A DNA stretch of 64,000 bases from Rhizodiscina lignyota (GCA_010015805.1 ML978130.1:496001-560000), one strand, 5' to 3'. Shown: positions 1 through 13,416, numbered from the stretch's first letter. The notes: generated by a model from the letters alone, not told the origin. Translations and numbers: made by a program.

Positions 1-243
1 GATTGGCCAAAACTGCTGAGAAGTCGTTGGATTTCTTAAGCTTCGCGGGAAACATGCGTTTCTTATTCGGATTTACCGTTTATTAGTGCGTCCCTTAACA
101 GACTTAACCATATGAACAATGAATCAAATAAGGTGCCTATCTCATTTTGTTCTCTCTCCGCTAGGTTCGAAATCGTAATTCTCGCAAACAGCGCTTTCTC
201 TTCGGGGACTCTTAAACATGCCTTCGAAATCAGCCCGCCCTGG

Positions 244-1401
244 TCACCAGCACCAATACAACGTCCGCGTCTCGTAGGTAGTCTTCTCAGAAAATGCCTC
301 ACTATATGGCAGCATCTTATGCCTGGGTACGAAATCTGATTCCTGGACGCCCTGTACCATGGCATCTCTCAGGTTCACTGGCTTGTGCGTGAATCTTGCG
401 AAATATGCCTCTCCAACGAGATCCAAATGCCGATTCTCCAAATCACTTGATACAAGCGAGTTCCCAAATTCATCATCGTGTGCTGTTACAAGCATTTGCG
501 GCTGGCACCCACCCTTCCCGTTGTTAGTAGAGTAATCCAGGACCTTGACATTTTTGGTACCGAGTTTGTTTCCTCGGCGAAGCATTGTCGATCGTAATAA
601 GCATATGAATGCAGCAGCGTCATGCTTACCGCTGCAGAATTCATCATCACATGGCCCATCATCGTTGCCGCTGGAGCATCTGTAGTGTCTATAATGCCTG
701 CTATGGAGGTGGACACGCACACGCAGGCTTTGGAGATTACGAACTTTCAAAAGCTCCTGCCCAACTTTGTACATGGCGTCCTCTGGCTGCCAGTCTTGGA
801 TTGTGGGCATCCAATCTACGGAAAGCATGAGACCCAGATGGCTTAGCGATAACATTCGACCCAGCATTCGGGCGAGCCTTATTAGTTCTCGAGGCTCATA
901 AGTTTCTCCTTTGGTGAAGTCCACCTCCACCGACTTGAGCATAGCAAGCTTGGAAGCGTGAGTGTTGATAAGAAATTTTTTAGACAAAACCCAGGCGCAA
1001 GCTCCGACATGTCTCGGTACACCCAGTCGGCGCGTGTGAAGGGCACAGAGCTGAACTGAAAGGTATTTTTAGACCAGAGGATCGCGGTAGCCTCGACATA
1101 TATTTGTCGATTTGCTCGAAGAATGGCCAAAGAAGATGACAGCGGGCTTTCATCAGTTGCGAGAGTTGAACCGAACATATGACACGGCGACTCTATATGG
1201 TTATTAACTGAGGGTTCGAAGTGGATATCATAGTCAAAAGGCGACATGCATACCTTGTTCCCAAGCCTCTTCCTCATCATCCGGCCCTACATCGTCTGGG
1301 TTGCCATATCCTCGCAAGCAAATACTGTGACGGACCAAAGCATACCCGTAGATTTTGTCGCGCAGCTCTTTCGGCAGATCCAGGAATGATTTGATCGCCA
1401 T
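244..1401 (-). CDS. F-box-like N-terminal motif protein of unknown function, with an apparent 1-nt frameshift near 945-981 (pseudogene or assembly error)
   Basis: ATG at 1401 gives MAIKSFLDLPKELRDKIYGYAL, a typical fungal F-box-like start. A GTATGC..CAG intron (1253-1208) joins it in frame to LAILRANRQIYVEATAILWSKNTFQF. The C-terminal half lies in another frame (ORF 244..987) with no convincing intron between. Confidence 0.65.
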
Positions 1402-2609
1402 TTCGATTGCATTGATCGGGCACGATTGAATGTTGATGGAAGTGCCTGAAGTTTGAGAAGTACGGGATTGCTGCTGTGAATAATCCGGAATATGGTCTTG
1501 CGAAACTTGGATTAGTGTCTGGCAACGCGTATACGGACGACAGAAACTCGGTCTCTGAAGACGGAAGAAAAAAAGAATCAAGGCTCTACGTATGGCGGGG
1601 TACGGAGTATACAGAATTGACCAGGCAAGGACTCATGAGATTAAACGGTTGGTAATGGGACAGTCATTCGATGTCTCTAAGCGTTGAAATACTTCAACCA
1701 CTCATCATCCATCTATTATGTTCGCATTGTTAACCAGAACTTCGTAGATTTGGGACAAACAGGTTCAGTCAAAACTCCAATTACTAGGTGAGTAGTTACG
1801 GCAAGCAGAGTAGACACGCTGTTAACTTCGCAGGGACATCTTGGGGCGTCGAGTCTCAGTTTGATGCATCGCCGACGTTCTGTAGAGAAGTGCTGGAGAG
1901 GTACAAATGATCGCGTGCCGTTTCCCGAGCGCAGTGGCCAATTGCTAGACGAATCGCAAGAAAATTGTCCAGTAAAGCTGCGTTCGGATGCATGGAAGCA
2001 TTGTGATGCCAGCTCGGCGCTTGGGCGAGATCAGCAGGAGAGGCTCAAGTCGCGTGCGCAGGCTGTCGGACGCTCGCGTTTCACAGCCTCAGAGCGGACG
2101 AATTCCCTTGTCAACGTCCAACGCTGACATCGGTACTATCGCATTCGCGGAGGGGCAGACGGTAATAATGTATTCCTTCGCCAATGATTGCTCTACGGCG
2201 GATTGTGATTTTCGGCGAAAGGACAGAGACCAAGGAGTTAAAAAGACAGTGCCGAGTGCGAGAGCTGGTGCGGAAAAGGGGGAGGCGGAGATCGGGACTT
2301 AACTCCGTGTTCCGATGCTACGACACCAAGTGTTTCACTCAACTGCTTCTTCGGATTCATTTGAGTATCGGAAATGTCGCTGGGGAATCCTAATTCAGGA
2401 ACAAGCCTCGTGCTACGTATGATGCTAGTGCGCTTTCTTCGCGTCTCTTCGGCGCGTGCGCGGACAAGATTCAACGCATCAATTGACAACTTCGCGTCGA
2501 GGAAAGACGATATAAAGGACGAAATATCAATTGCTGAGCTCAGCTGAAACGAAGTTAATTCAATTGAAACATCTATTCCGAAAGCTTCAGAAGAGATACA
2601 GATCAAGCA

Positions 2610-3837
2610 ATGGCGTGGAATTCAGGTCCTGCACCAAAATCGTTGCTTGAGAGGTATCGCGTCCTCAGCCCGACAGCCTCTGTCAGGGTCAGTCCAATAT
2701 GCCTTGGAGCGATGAACTTTGGAGGAACTTGGTAAGCAACGGCATTCAATTCTACTCTGTTGGCTCCTGCTGAACAAAGGCGGTAACAGGAAGCATATGG
2801 GCATCTGTACCAAAGACACGGCGTTTGAGATGCTCGACTACTTCTTCTCACAAGGCGGCAACTTCATCGACACGGCTGTCAACTATCAAGATGGCGAGTC
2901 GGAGATCTGGCTCGGAGAGTGGCTCTCTAAGCACAATGTACGCGATCAAATGGTCATCGCCACGAAATATACGACAAACTACCAGGCCTACCTAGGTACC
3001 GAAGGGCACATCCATGCCAATTTCGGTGGCAACAGCATCAAGAATCTGCATACTTCTGTCGAGACCTCACTCAAGCGCCTTCGGACCAACTACATTGACC
3101 TCCTCTACGTGCACTGGTGGGATCATGCGACCACTGTTCAGGAACTGATGCTTTCCCTCAACGACCTCGTTAGGCAGGGCAAAGTCCTCTATCTCGGTAT
3201 CTCGGACGCCCCAGCGTGGTTCGTTGCCAAGTGCAACGAGTTTGCGCGCTGCAACGGCCTCCGCCAATTCGTCGTGTACCAGGGCCAATGGAGCGCTGCC
3301 AATCGCAGTTTCGAGCGAGATATCCTCCAACTGTGTGAGCACGACGGAATGTCCATCGCGCCCTGGGGCGTCCTCGGAGGTGGCCAGTTCAAAACAGAGG
3401 CCCAGGTCAAAGCAACGGAGGCAGAAGGACGCAAGACTCAGTGGCCAAGCGCGAATGCCAAAGTCATGTCGGAAGTACTGGAGAAGGTCGCGAAGCGTAA
3501 GAATACGCAGCTCACAGCTGTCGCACTGGCGTATGTGATGCACAAGGCGCCATACGTCTTTCCCATCTGCGGCGGCCGGAAGGTTGAGCACTTGAAGGGT
3601 AATATTGACGCCTTGGCTCTGGAGCTCAGCGCTGAGGATATCAAAGAGATTGAGGGTGCAGCTCCTTTCGACCTCGGGTTCCCGACTGCATTGATTGGGC
3701 AGTGGGCTGGGGAGAACTCTTTGATGAATTTCCGAGGCACGTTTGACTACGTCGATAGAGCGAAACCGATCCCAGCGTCCCAGATGACGCTGAGTAGGAA
3801 TGCTGGCACAGATTTCCCGTCGCCACCGACACGCTGA
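2610..3837 (+). CDS. Aldo-keto reductase, aryl-alcohol dehydrogenase / NorA-like
   Basis: Exon 1 [38 protein letters not shown]; intron 2732-2789 (GTAAGC..CAG); then AKR motifs [33 protein letters not shown] and [10 protein letters not shown]. Confidence 0.93.
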
Positions 3838-4087
3838 TGCACCTGATATCGAAAGAATGCTCGTGGGGAGTAAAATGGTAGCCGCTTATATTGTATCTAA
3901 AACTTGAGTTAAGAATTGAAGTTTTCTGAATTGCAATTGAATTAAGTTCCAGAATGTTTGATTGCAGTGGAAATAATAATACCCTCTCTAACAGATCGGC
4001 TGTCTGCCCAATTATTCGATCTTCTTAACTCTACGATATTGGTTCACACTCCAGTCTCGTCACGTCGCTCAACAAAGGCAAATAGTC

Positions 4088-4909
4088 CTAAGCGTGATAC
4101 ACTGGCAGACCTTGCTGCCATCCCACCGACCGACAACAATGCCAAGTATCGTTCTCGCTCATGTTTTCTGCCCCACTCGCCTTCTGATCAATGGAGGCGT
4201 ATACCGTGAAACCGTGGTCTTCCAAGGCCTCTGTGAGCTTCAATAGCGTCTCTCTCGCAAGCATCGAATCTATGCCCGTCGCATACCAGACATGCGCATT
4301 CAGCACAATCTCGTAAACCCCACCAACGCTGCTGTGGTTCTCACTTCGCCTCACCATCGGTCCAAGGCTCCTGAGCACTGAGGTGGCCAGTTCTGGCGGG
4401 CAATCAATGAGCCTGATCTTGTTCGACATGCTGAAGCCGACGCACGCCCATTCGCGCGGCGCCGGCGCGGGATCCTGATGTCGGAAGATCAGAGTGTCCT
4501 TGTCCATCTGCTTCTTGCTGGCGTCGGTCGAAAAAGCCAGGACCCATCCGACGTTGAATAGGGCCTTTAATATGCTGCGGATGAGGCGCTTTGCGTGAAT
4601 GTTCTCGTCTCCGGCGCCTCGCCAGGGGTTGCCCTTCAGCTTGAATTCATGCGATCCAACGTAGAGGCGTTCTTCTTGGATGCCTCGCGGCCAGGCTCCG
4701 GCAATGGTCTGGCGGACTAGACTGATCATTTCGGGCGGGAATTGAAGTAGTCGCAGTCGATCGAACATGTGGAGTGAGATTGACGCGAATTTGGAGCGGA
4801 ATGGCGGAGGCGGAGCGAGGTCTTGCTGCGTGGAAGAGGATGGGATGGGCGGTTTTGAAGAGTCTTCCAGGGACAGCTTCTCGAGGTCTTTTTCTTTTCT
4901 GCCGAACAT
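4088..4909 (-). CDS. Protein of unknown function made of two internally repeated domains
   Basis: Intact 273-aa ORF from MFGRKEK. The two halves align by eye: DRLRLLQFPPEM/NKIRLIDCPPEL, HEFKLKGNPW/YEIVLNAHVW, ALFNVGW/ALEDHGF, KDTLIFR/NDTWHCCR. Confidence 0.8.
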   Translation of the reverse strand: MFGRKEKDLEKLSLEDSSKPPIPSSSTQQDLAPPPPFRSKFASISLHMFDRLRLLQFPPEMISLVRQTIAGAWPRGIQEERLYVGSHEFKLKGNPWRGAGDENIHAKRLIRSILKALFNVGWVLAFSTDASKKQMDKDTLIFRHQDPAPAPREWACVGFSMSNKIRLIDCPPELATSVLRSLGPMVRRSENHSSVGGVYEIVLNAHVWYATGIDSMLARETLLKLTEALEDHGFTVYASIDQKASGAENMSENDTWHCCRSVGWQQGLPVYHA

Positions 4910-6594
4910 TTTGGGCCGCTTTTGAGCAACGGAATTCAAGGGAATACACGAATGAGATTGGACTTGGAAGTCGAGAGTGGTCAATGGAAATGGAAGTTGG
5001 TTGCGATTCGAAAGTTCTGAGAATAAGAATGTCTGAAAAGGATGATCTCAATCATTGTAGGCCTGAGATGGATATTTTTATATTATATTCACTTGCCTCT
5101 GCTTGGCCCCAAGGCACAGCAAGGCTCATTTCGACATATGGCTGCAATGTTCACGGAGAGTAGACGCAGAGACAGCCCAATGAACACTCGGCGCTCGTCA
5201 TTTTCGCCCGTGCACTGCCACCAGCGGACGGCTTCGCGCTATTCCGAAAGGAGTATCACGCTACGCTGCTCAATGCTAGGCGTGTCACGCGCAGAGGTCT
5301 GCACAGCAAAATATTAATTCCATGTTAGATTATTTTCTCAAAGATGTGTAGGTACGCACTTTAGGGTGATGGAAAGTTCGGATCAATCGAGCGACGAAAT
5401 GGGGGGTGCAATAATAGTACCCTTACCTTACCTACATACATCGGCTGTGCGGTGCGCTTGGCGTCCCGGTGGGGGCCGCTTCCCGCTTGCGAAAGCCTCT
5501 GTACCGCCTCAAACGGATTACGGAATGACAGCAAAATGGACAACAATTTACTGTCGTCGATGCCGGACGTGTCGAGGAAGTGGCAAAAACAGCATCATTT
5601 GATCTACTCTATGGCTGATCCGTAGCATGTAGCATCTGATTGAAAATTTCAGATTGGTAGTCACGAGCAGCTGCGGCCGCAAATCACAAATTTCCTCTCT
5701 GTTATCGCTTCAGGAGCTATCAATGAAGACAACGACCCCTGGCCGCAGCTTATTGGAGCATCTCGCAGTCTGCAAAAGGGGGAAAGCAGATTTCCCGCCG
5801 TTCAGCTTAATATCCAGCAATGTATGTGACCAGTAAGATGCAGATTCGTTCGACAGGTGAAGCACCCGAACCCTCAACATCTCCAATGCCTGGTGGGAAG
5901 GACTATCAAAACATCAGCAGGGACAATCGCACAGCAATAACACCAGACCGAGGTGGATCGCATAGATGAGCAATCCAAACCCCTCGTTGATGGCTTCACG
6001 GGCTGTGGCACAGACTGTGCGCTGAGCCGATGGAAGAGATATCGTTGTAGTTGTCGACGAACTCGGTTAGTCTAGATATGCTGTCCTAGGTCCGCATGGA
6101 TGTCCAGAATGTGACCGGCCAGCTACATTGAAATTCGAATCACCTGCTTCCCAGCTGCTTAACCTTTTTCCAACTCATAGGCCTTGACAAATTGCCTAAG
6201 TCTTGCTCTTGCTGCTAGATGATTCAGACATATGTATAACAAACCAAAGGTTGAAATGTAAGTGGTCTTTAATGTGATAGCTTTCTTCGCCAAATCAGAG
6301 CAGACCATGCTCAACGGGCGTGTGCTCCGAGGAGGGAGGGGCGCTGGTTGGTCAGAACTTGCAGGCTGCCGGGGAATGTTGCCGCGCTTGAACGACATCG
6401 CTGATATCAAACAATCCATGTGAATGTGAAAACTGCTCTGTGTGACAGCAATTGCGACGTAGCTATATCTTGCGTGCCCTCTCGACGAATTAAAATGGCA
6501 AATACCTCGGAGGGTGCACCGACTCTCCTTCCTCCACCGGACCCAACTCCATTCAACCAGAGTGAAGCTCGTTCAGCACCCACTGGCTATCCTG

Positions 6595-9010
6595 ATGTCT
6601 CAGCCTCAGCGCGTTCTGCTTCCGAGGCGTCCTGGGGTGCCCGCCAATGATGAATCACTTGGCAGGTTTCGCCAGGGCGGCGCGAAAGAGAAAGTGAAAG
6701 CAGCATGTTGCTCCTGCCGGTCGAAAAGAGTCAAAGTACTTTCGACCTCCTGCGCCTGCCCAATTTGAGTAGAACAGCTCAGCTGACAGCTTCTCTTCCA
6801 CCACCACTTTAGTGTGACGGCAACAGACCGACTTGTTCCAACTGCAGAGGCAAGCCAACTGCATGCGAATACGACGCCGCACCTGGCCAAACCAAAGGTG
6901 AAGCTCGGAAAGAAATGGCCACCCGTATGGAGGTGGACAATGCCTCCATGCTGGAGTTGTTCTGGCGTCTACAGACTGTTTCTGTTCAGGACGCGCACGA
7001 GTTCCTCAACTTCCTCCGAAGCGGCACGGGAATCAATATACCATCTATGCAAAGTTGGTTCCAGGCACGACTGCCTAATATTAAAAACAGCCGTTTTCCT
7101 ACTTACGAAGGTGAGAATGAGCGCAACGCCTCGAGCCACTTGGTCCAATTGGACTCGCCCAAGGGACGACAGCTAGGTCGATCCATCACAGTCGCTATAG
7201 TTCAAAAGGCTGTGGACACATTCTTCAACTGCACTGGCATGCTCTTCTACGTGTTTAGTAAGGAGCAAATCGACACGATTTCGAATGACATGCTTGGCCA
7301 CATCCAGCAACCGGAAACTACATCCTTCGCCCGTGTCGTTAAAGAATCCGGTCAGCATAAGGCTCAACTCGGCGAGTTGTGTGGCATGGCGGCAGTGGGT
7401 GCCCTATACCTTCGAAATTTCAGTCAAGAGCGCTTGCCACCTGCAGACCAAGCTGAATACCTCTACACGATCGCAAAAGAGATGTTGGACGGCGCTATCC
7501 ATGCGAACCCGGCCCGAGCCATGAAGCTCTGCGCCTTACTCTCCATGTACAATATCATCCTGAAAGCGAACGTGTCGCTTTCTTATATTGGTCTACCTCC
7601 TCCATTCGCCATCCAAATAGGTCATGCTGACAAAGATCTGTAGAACTTGGTTTGTCGCTTGGTCGGTATGCCGGGCTCGATAATCAACAAACGCGATTGG
7701 CAATGAGGGAAGAAGACATAATTGACTGCAAGAATACTCTCAGGACTCTCGTTCTCTTTTCCGGGTAAGTGTGTCCGCCTAGTGAGAATAGTCTGAGCTG
7801 ACAAATTGGCTATGTACAAGCTGGCTCAGTGCATCTTTGGGATATGTATCCGCGCAGGCGGGCTTATGTCTTCAGTCACTCCAAGAAGGACAGCTTACCA
7901 AAGACGAGCACGCCATTCAACAGGAGCTTCTCAAAGTTACCGTTATGAAGGCGAAGATCGTCCGTGTTATGGCTAGTTCGGTTCCTATAACAGACCCATC
8001 TGTTGGCGCTATTCGGAAGGAGCTGAAGACTATCCACCAAGAACTGCCACAATGGTTGGCGCTTTCATCTGTCATGGACGTGGATATGCGCCAAGACACT
8101 CCGTTTCGACGACTGATATGTTACTTGCACTTGTTCTTTCTCTCTGCTATGATGCTCGTGCATCGGAGAGTAATGGCACATCCCCAAGATGTGTCGTCAT
8201 CTGCGGGGAATGAACACATCAGAGCGGCGGCAAGAGATGGCATCATGGCAGCTAAGATGGCAGCAAGAATTCTCTCTATGATGCGTGATGAGGGCGCCAT
8301 TGTTCAGCTATGCTGGATGTGCATGTCAGCATTCTCCACTGAAGGCTCTATATACCGCTGACACGGACAGTTTCTCTTCGTACACTACTACGCTGATCCT
8401 TCTCCAAGCAGCGGTGCAAAAGATCCTCACTGGATATCCCTCCTCTACGTGGGCGGCAGACCTCTCCCTTGCAAAGATGAGCATGGGAACCCTTCAGTTC
8501 TGCGCAGAACTCGATGATGTTGCCCTTCAGCTATATACAACTATATCCTCGTATTTCCATGTGGTACAGGATGCTCTCGACGTCGAGCAGAACGAAGATC
8601 TTTGGGGAAGTACCGAGGAGGGCGAAGACTTGGACTATCTGCTCGTCATTCCACCTGGCGACACCGATCTCTCAAAGGCAGCACGCGACCTTCTCTATCT
8701 TGTCCAGAATCCGTTCAGCAGAACCCTGGAAATGGTACCCGAACGCGAAGCAAATCTCCAACTTCGCGACAGGCTGGTGAACTGGATGGAGGCCGTAGTG
8801 GGAACACCACACGAATGGAAGTGGGAGCTACAAAGTTGCGAGCTGGGCGATCCTGGAAGCACATCCGCCCGTCTTCTATGTGGATCCACGATGATCGACT
8901 CGATGGCGAAGCTCATTCCGGGCCACTTCGAATCGACTACAAGCGCACCGGTGACACCAATGTGGACGGACTGGACACCACATATGGGACGAAGTTCCTT
9001 TCTTCTCTGA
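6595..9010 (+). CDS. Zn(II)2Cys6 fungal transcription factor (multi-exon)
   Basis: Removing intron 6736-6812 gives CCSCRSKRVKCDGNRPTCSNCRGKPTAC, a six-Cys binuclear cluster. Further exons (ORFs 6915..7643, 7837..8361, 8285..9010) carry middle-region-like sequence such as YLHLFFLSAMMLVHRR and are joined by short GT-AG introns. Confidence 0.9.
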
Positions 9011-9240
9011 AATTGCTGTTCCTCGGCGTTCATAATATTAAGCGGTCTATGGGATGAGGTCCCTTGTTTCTCTGAAATTGCTTTTCCTCGGCGTTTACAG
9101 TATTAAGTGGTCCATGGATGAGGTCCCTTTCTTTTCTGAACTTGCTTTTCTTCGGCGTTCACCATATTAAGCGGTCTATGGGACGAGGTCCCTTCTTTTT
9201 CTTTGAACTTGCTTTCTCTCTTCGTGTACAATATCGAGTG
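8984..9240. repeat. Diverged tandem repeat, 4 copies of 64-65 bp
   Basis: Units start at 8984, 9049, 9114 and 9178; approximate consensus ATGGGAYGAGGTCCCTTTCTTYTCTGAAMTTGCTTTTCCTCGGCGTTCAYAATATTAAGCGGTCT. Confidence 0.95.
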
Positions 9241-9782
9241 TTAAGGACCAAGGAGTTGGGGTGTGGGGTGCCCGGTAAGGACCAAAATGTATATTAAAAT
9301 GGAAGCAGCATGATAGACTACTCACAAAAAATTAATATACTACTTCCACACTATTCAGAGCTCCTAATGACACGCTGTAAATGCACCTGATTCATCGACC
9401 AGCCCTTCACGTGATACAACGGCCAAGCCCTATCTGCTCTAGCATTATCTGTTTCCCATGTGTTTTGAGAACCCAGCCCTTCACATCCGGCTATTTCTTC
9501 AACAATGGAAACAGCGGACAAACCGGGTCCTTCGCAGCATGCCAACTATTAAAGGATCTTCACGGCCTTTGTTTGATCGCCTAATTCCCCATCGGCCCCG
9601 GCGGTTGAGTCCTTGTCCCGCGGCACGGTAGGTATTGCGCTCAACGCGAATTGTTTCAGGTCTCGCACAGGCTCCTATTGCCTTTACTTTCAAAAAGACA
9701 TCTCGATGTTCAAGATGTAAAGTTCTTTCGATTCCAACTCTTTTTCTTTGCACTGGTGAAGGCATTGTTTTTTGGTACAACG

Positions 9783-12151
9783 ATGCCTGTTCCCGTCTAT
9801 CGTCGCTTCTTCAAATTCCTCTCAATCTTAGCCATTGCGGCTGTATTTGTCTACATATACGGCTTGGATCTAGCATACAGGCCTTCCACCCAAATAATTG
9901 AGCTGGAGCAAGAAACCGTGAAGGAAGTGAAAGATAGACCGAAGATCACATCGACCAGCGCAGCAGGATCCACGACTGTACCTGTAGAGCCTACGGAGAG
10001 CACAGACTTGCCGCACGGTGATAAACCGACACTGCCATTCCTGTACGATAACTCACTCAGTGGATCGAGTCAGCAAGTACTGCATGGACAGGCGGAAGAG
10101 GATGGCGGAGGTGAGGATCGGAAGAAGGGCGACCAAGCCGGAGAGGGAGAAGGATCCGAGAAACCAGACCCGGAAGCATGGAGGAATTATCCAGTGTACG
10201 AAATATCCAACGGATGTACACGTTCGTAGCTAATATATTGCGTAGTGAAGATGGATTTTACGTTCACAATGGCATTCGAGAACATTTCGAGCACACTGGT
10301 CCCGGCGATACGACTACCTACTTGCCTTATCCACTCTATGACAGTGATGATTGGAAAGCCAAATGGAAAGGCACGTTCGTGACCTGTCGAGGTCCTACAG
10401 GAGAGCTCCTCAACAAAACCAACGGTGCAATGTCAAAGCAGTACGCATATCGTGGGCTGCCGAGCGACTTTCCGAAACCACTTGTGGGCTCCTTTGAGGC
10501 TCTTGAGCTGGACAACAACGTTTGCTTCGACCGTATAAACCAATACGGAATTTACGGCCTCGACCAGGACTTACTGGATATTCCGGGAAGCGAGAAGGTA
10601 CTCCCGCAGCCAATCGACTGGACGCGTGTTGACTGGGGCGGTCTCCAAGAAAAATGCTTTGAGAAAAACAAAGAGCGATTTCCATATCACTCCCGTACCA
10701 AGGTAGACAGGAACCCAAATACAGAACTCCCAGAGGAGGTGAAAAAGCCCGGCCATGATGAAATCCGTCGTGGCTACGAGCCCTTCGTACCGCCAGAGTC
10801 TACAATCTCCTATCGTTCCCGTACTGCCATCCTGATTCGCGTATGGGAGGGCTATTCCTACAGCACTAACGACTTCCTCAACATCCGTGCTCTGATCACT
10901 GAACTGTCTCTCCGCACTGGTGGCGAGTATCAGATCTTCCTGTTCGTGAACATCAAAGATCACGAAACCGGCAAACGCATATTCGAGTCCCGCGAAGAAT
11001 ACCAGAAAGTGCTCTACAAGAACGTGCCTCGCGAGCTCCGCTCCATCGCCATCCTTTGGAGCGAGCACATCTTCCAGTCTTGGTACCCCAAGGTCGGAGA
11101 CTGGCAGGTGTACTGGCACCAGTTCATGTGTGTGCAGTGGTTCAGCCTCACGCATCCCGAATTCGACTACATCTGGAACTGGGAGACGGATATACGCTAC
11201 ACTGGGAACCACTACCACCTCCTCTCCAAGATCACCGATTTCGCACTCAAGCAGCCGAGAAAGTATCTTTGGGAGCGCAACGCGAGGTATTACATCCCGT
11301 CTGTACACGGAGAAAACTACGACGCCTTCGTCGACGACACAAACGCCATCATCAAGTCTTCGTCCGCAAAGAAGGCTATCCCCCCACCAATCTGGGGCCC
11401 AAGGCCCTTCTCTCCGACTCAAAATCCCCTCGGACCAAGGCCTCCGCGGCCCGACGACGTAGATGCTGATAAATGGGGCATCGGCGAAGAAGCCGACCTC
11501 ATCTCGCTCCTCCCAATCTGGGACCCGCGCCATGTCGATTGGGTGTACAAGCGCAAGATCTGGAACTACGTACCGAACGAGATGCCGCATTTCGACGAAG
11601 CCCATGGACCGACCGACGAGGGCTTTGACCACGGGGACTTTGCGAAGATCGACCGGCGAGTGGTTATCAACACAGCGATGCGGCTGTCGAAGAGGTTGCT
11701 ACGGGCCATGCATGAGGAGAACAGGCAGGGGAGAGATATGCAGGCCGAGATGTTCCCAGCGAGCGTGGCGCTGATGCATGGTTTCAAGGCGGTGTATGCC
11801 CCGCATCCGATTTGGAGCCTAAATCGGTTTCCGGAGAATGAAACTGACGCGCTGTTTAATGCCGATGGCGGGATTCCGGGCAGGTGGACTCAGGAAGAGG
11901 ACAGTATCTACAACCAGGGAACAGAGAAGAATCTGAAGAGCTGGAGCTGGTACTATTGGGGAGAGTTGGGCCGAGTTCTATATCGGCGATGGATGGGCTG
12001 GAAGGCGAGTGATGGGATGGGGGAGTTGGGTGGGACGCAGTGGGAGGAGCATGGTGGTATTGTGGCAGGGAGAGGAGGAGGTATGGGGAGGTTGTGTCTG
12101 CCTGGGATGTTGCTGCATCCGGTTAAGAATGGAGATTTATGGGGAGATTAA
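9783..12151 (+). CDS. DUF3405-like type II membrane protein
   Basis: N-terminal TM (FLSILAIAAVFVYIYGL); intron 10196-10245; motifs RTAILIRVW, IRALITELSLRTGGEYQIFLFV, FDYIWNWETDIRYTG, LWERNARYYIP, HGFKAVYAPHP and RLCLPGMLLHPVK. Confidence 0.85.
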
Positions 12152-13416
12152 GGAGATAATGGAAGGCTTCGTATTATGAACAAATCTGCATAGCGTATTA
12201 TAGAGGCGTTCTCGGGTCTATTGATTAGAATTACAAATTGAATATACTGAGTAGATATGATAGTATTATCTCTGCCATGTAGCCAACATCATAGATGTTA
12301 GAAGCTAACAAGTGGTCTGCTAGGAGGTATGATAACCCTTGTACTCGACACTTATTAGGCTGTCGGAACCATGCATGTCCTGCGTCGACCGCGGAAATGC
12401 TCATGAAGAGTCGGCCGTAACTATAATAGAGCACTCAGAAACATTTGACATCTGCTAACTACGTGCAATGTTCTCCTTCACAGATTCCTAAATTTCAAGC
12501 GTGTTACGGAACTATTCCGACATCAGCAGCCAATAGCGCTTCAACGTCCGTAAATTGGATCAGAGACGGTTGGTAACCGCTTCCCAGTGACATGAGTCCA
12601 AGTCTGCAACCGTCAATCTGTTTCAAGCCTCCCAGTCAGATCTGACTAACTTCTTATCGAGCTAGCCAATTAGTCCAGAAGCTCTGCCAAGTTCTTCTAT
12701 ACATGCCATTCCCTCCATCCACACGTGGACACGCAACCAGACCAGCCGCGGGGTTCGGCAATCTTGCACGTCGATTCGACAGCACAGAAGAGCTGGACTT
12801 GGCTTCCCACGAAGCTGATTGCAGCTCGAGAGCTGTCTCGAAGCTGTGCCAGCCGGTGCTCTATGATAAGCGGGAGAACGGGATATCCCTTCCTTCCGCG
12901 TACGATACTAGGAACAGATAGATGACACAGCTCAGACGAAGAGCTTCTCGCAAGACGTTCTTGGAGTCAGCTCCTGGTGTCAGCCGTGTCAGCTCGCAAA
13001 GCTTGATGTACCCATAACAATCAACCATACAAATTGGTTCCTAGACGGTAATCCAATCCAACTCATCTTACGCCTTTTGCCCCCGCGGCCAGCCTGCCGC
13101 TTCTAGATCTACTCCAAATGGATATGTTTAAGTTCAATCAGCTCGCGTGCTTACGGCCGTGATTTACCGCCAAAAAGACAAAGGCCATACAGGTACATAT
13201 ACATGTTGTCCAATCCTCCAGCTCCACCTCGAGCTGCAGGCCGGTGTAAGTGTGCATAAGCAAGCCCATCTCGCGCGACCCTTTATCTACACGTCTTTGT
13301 CCCGAGGCCACCCATCACCACCCCGAACTTCTTCTTGTGACTGCATGCCCACAGTCCCATTCGAGGAAACATACCCCTGGGGCGACGAGAAGAACATCCT
13401 CCGCTACAGCCTCAGC

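Noticed and set aside
1861..2393. Short ORFs upstream of the first AKR
   Set aside because: No recognisable domains; probably promoter or degenerate sequence.
2610..9010. Secondary-metabolite cluster around the AKR and Zn2Cys6 genes
   Set aside because: No backbone enzyme (PKS, NRPS, terpene cyclase, DUF3328) or transporter in the vicinity.
8984..9240. CRISPR-like array
   Set aside because: The units are contiguous with no unique spacers, the context is eukaryotic and there are no cas genes.
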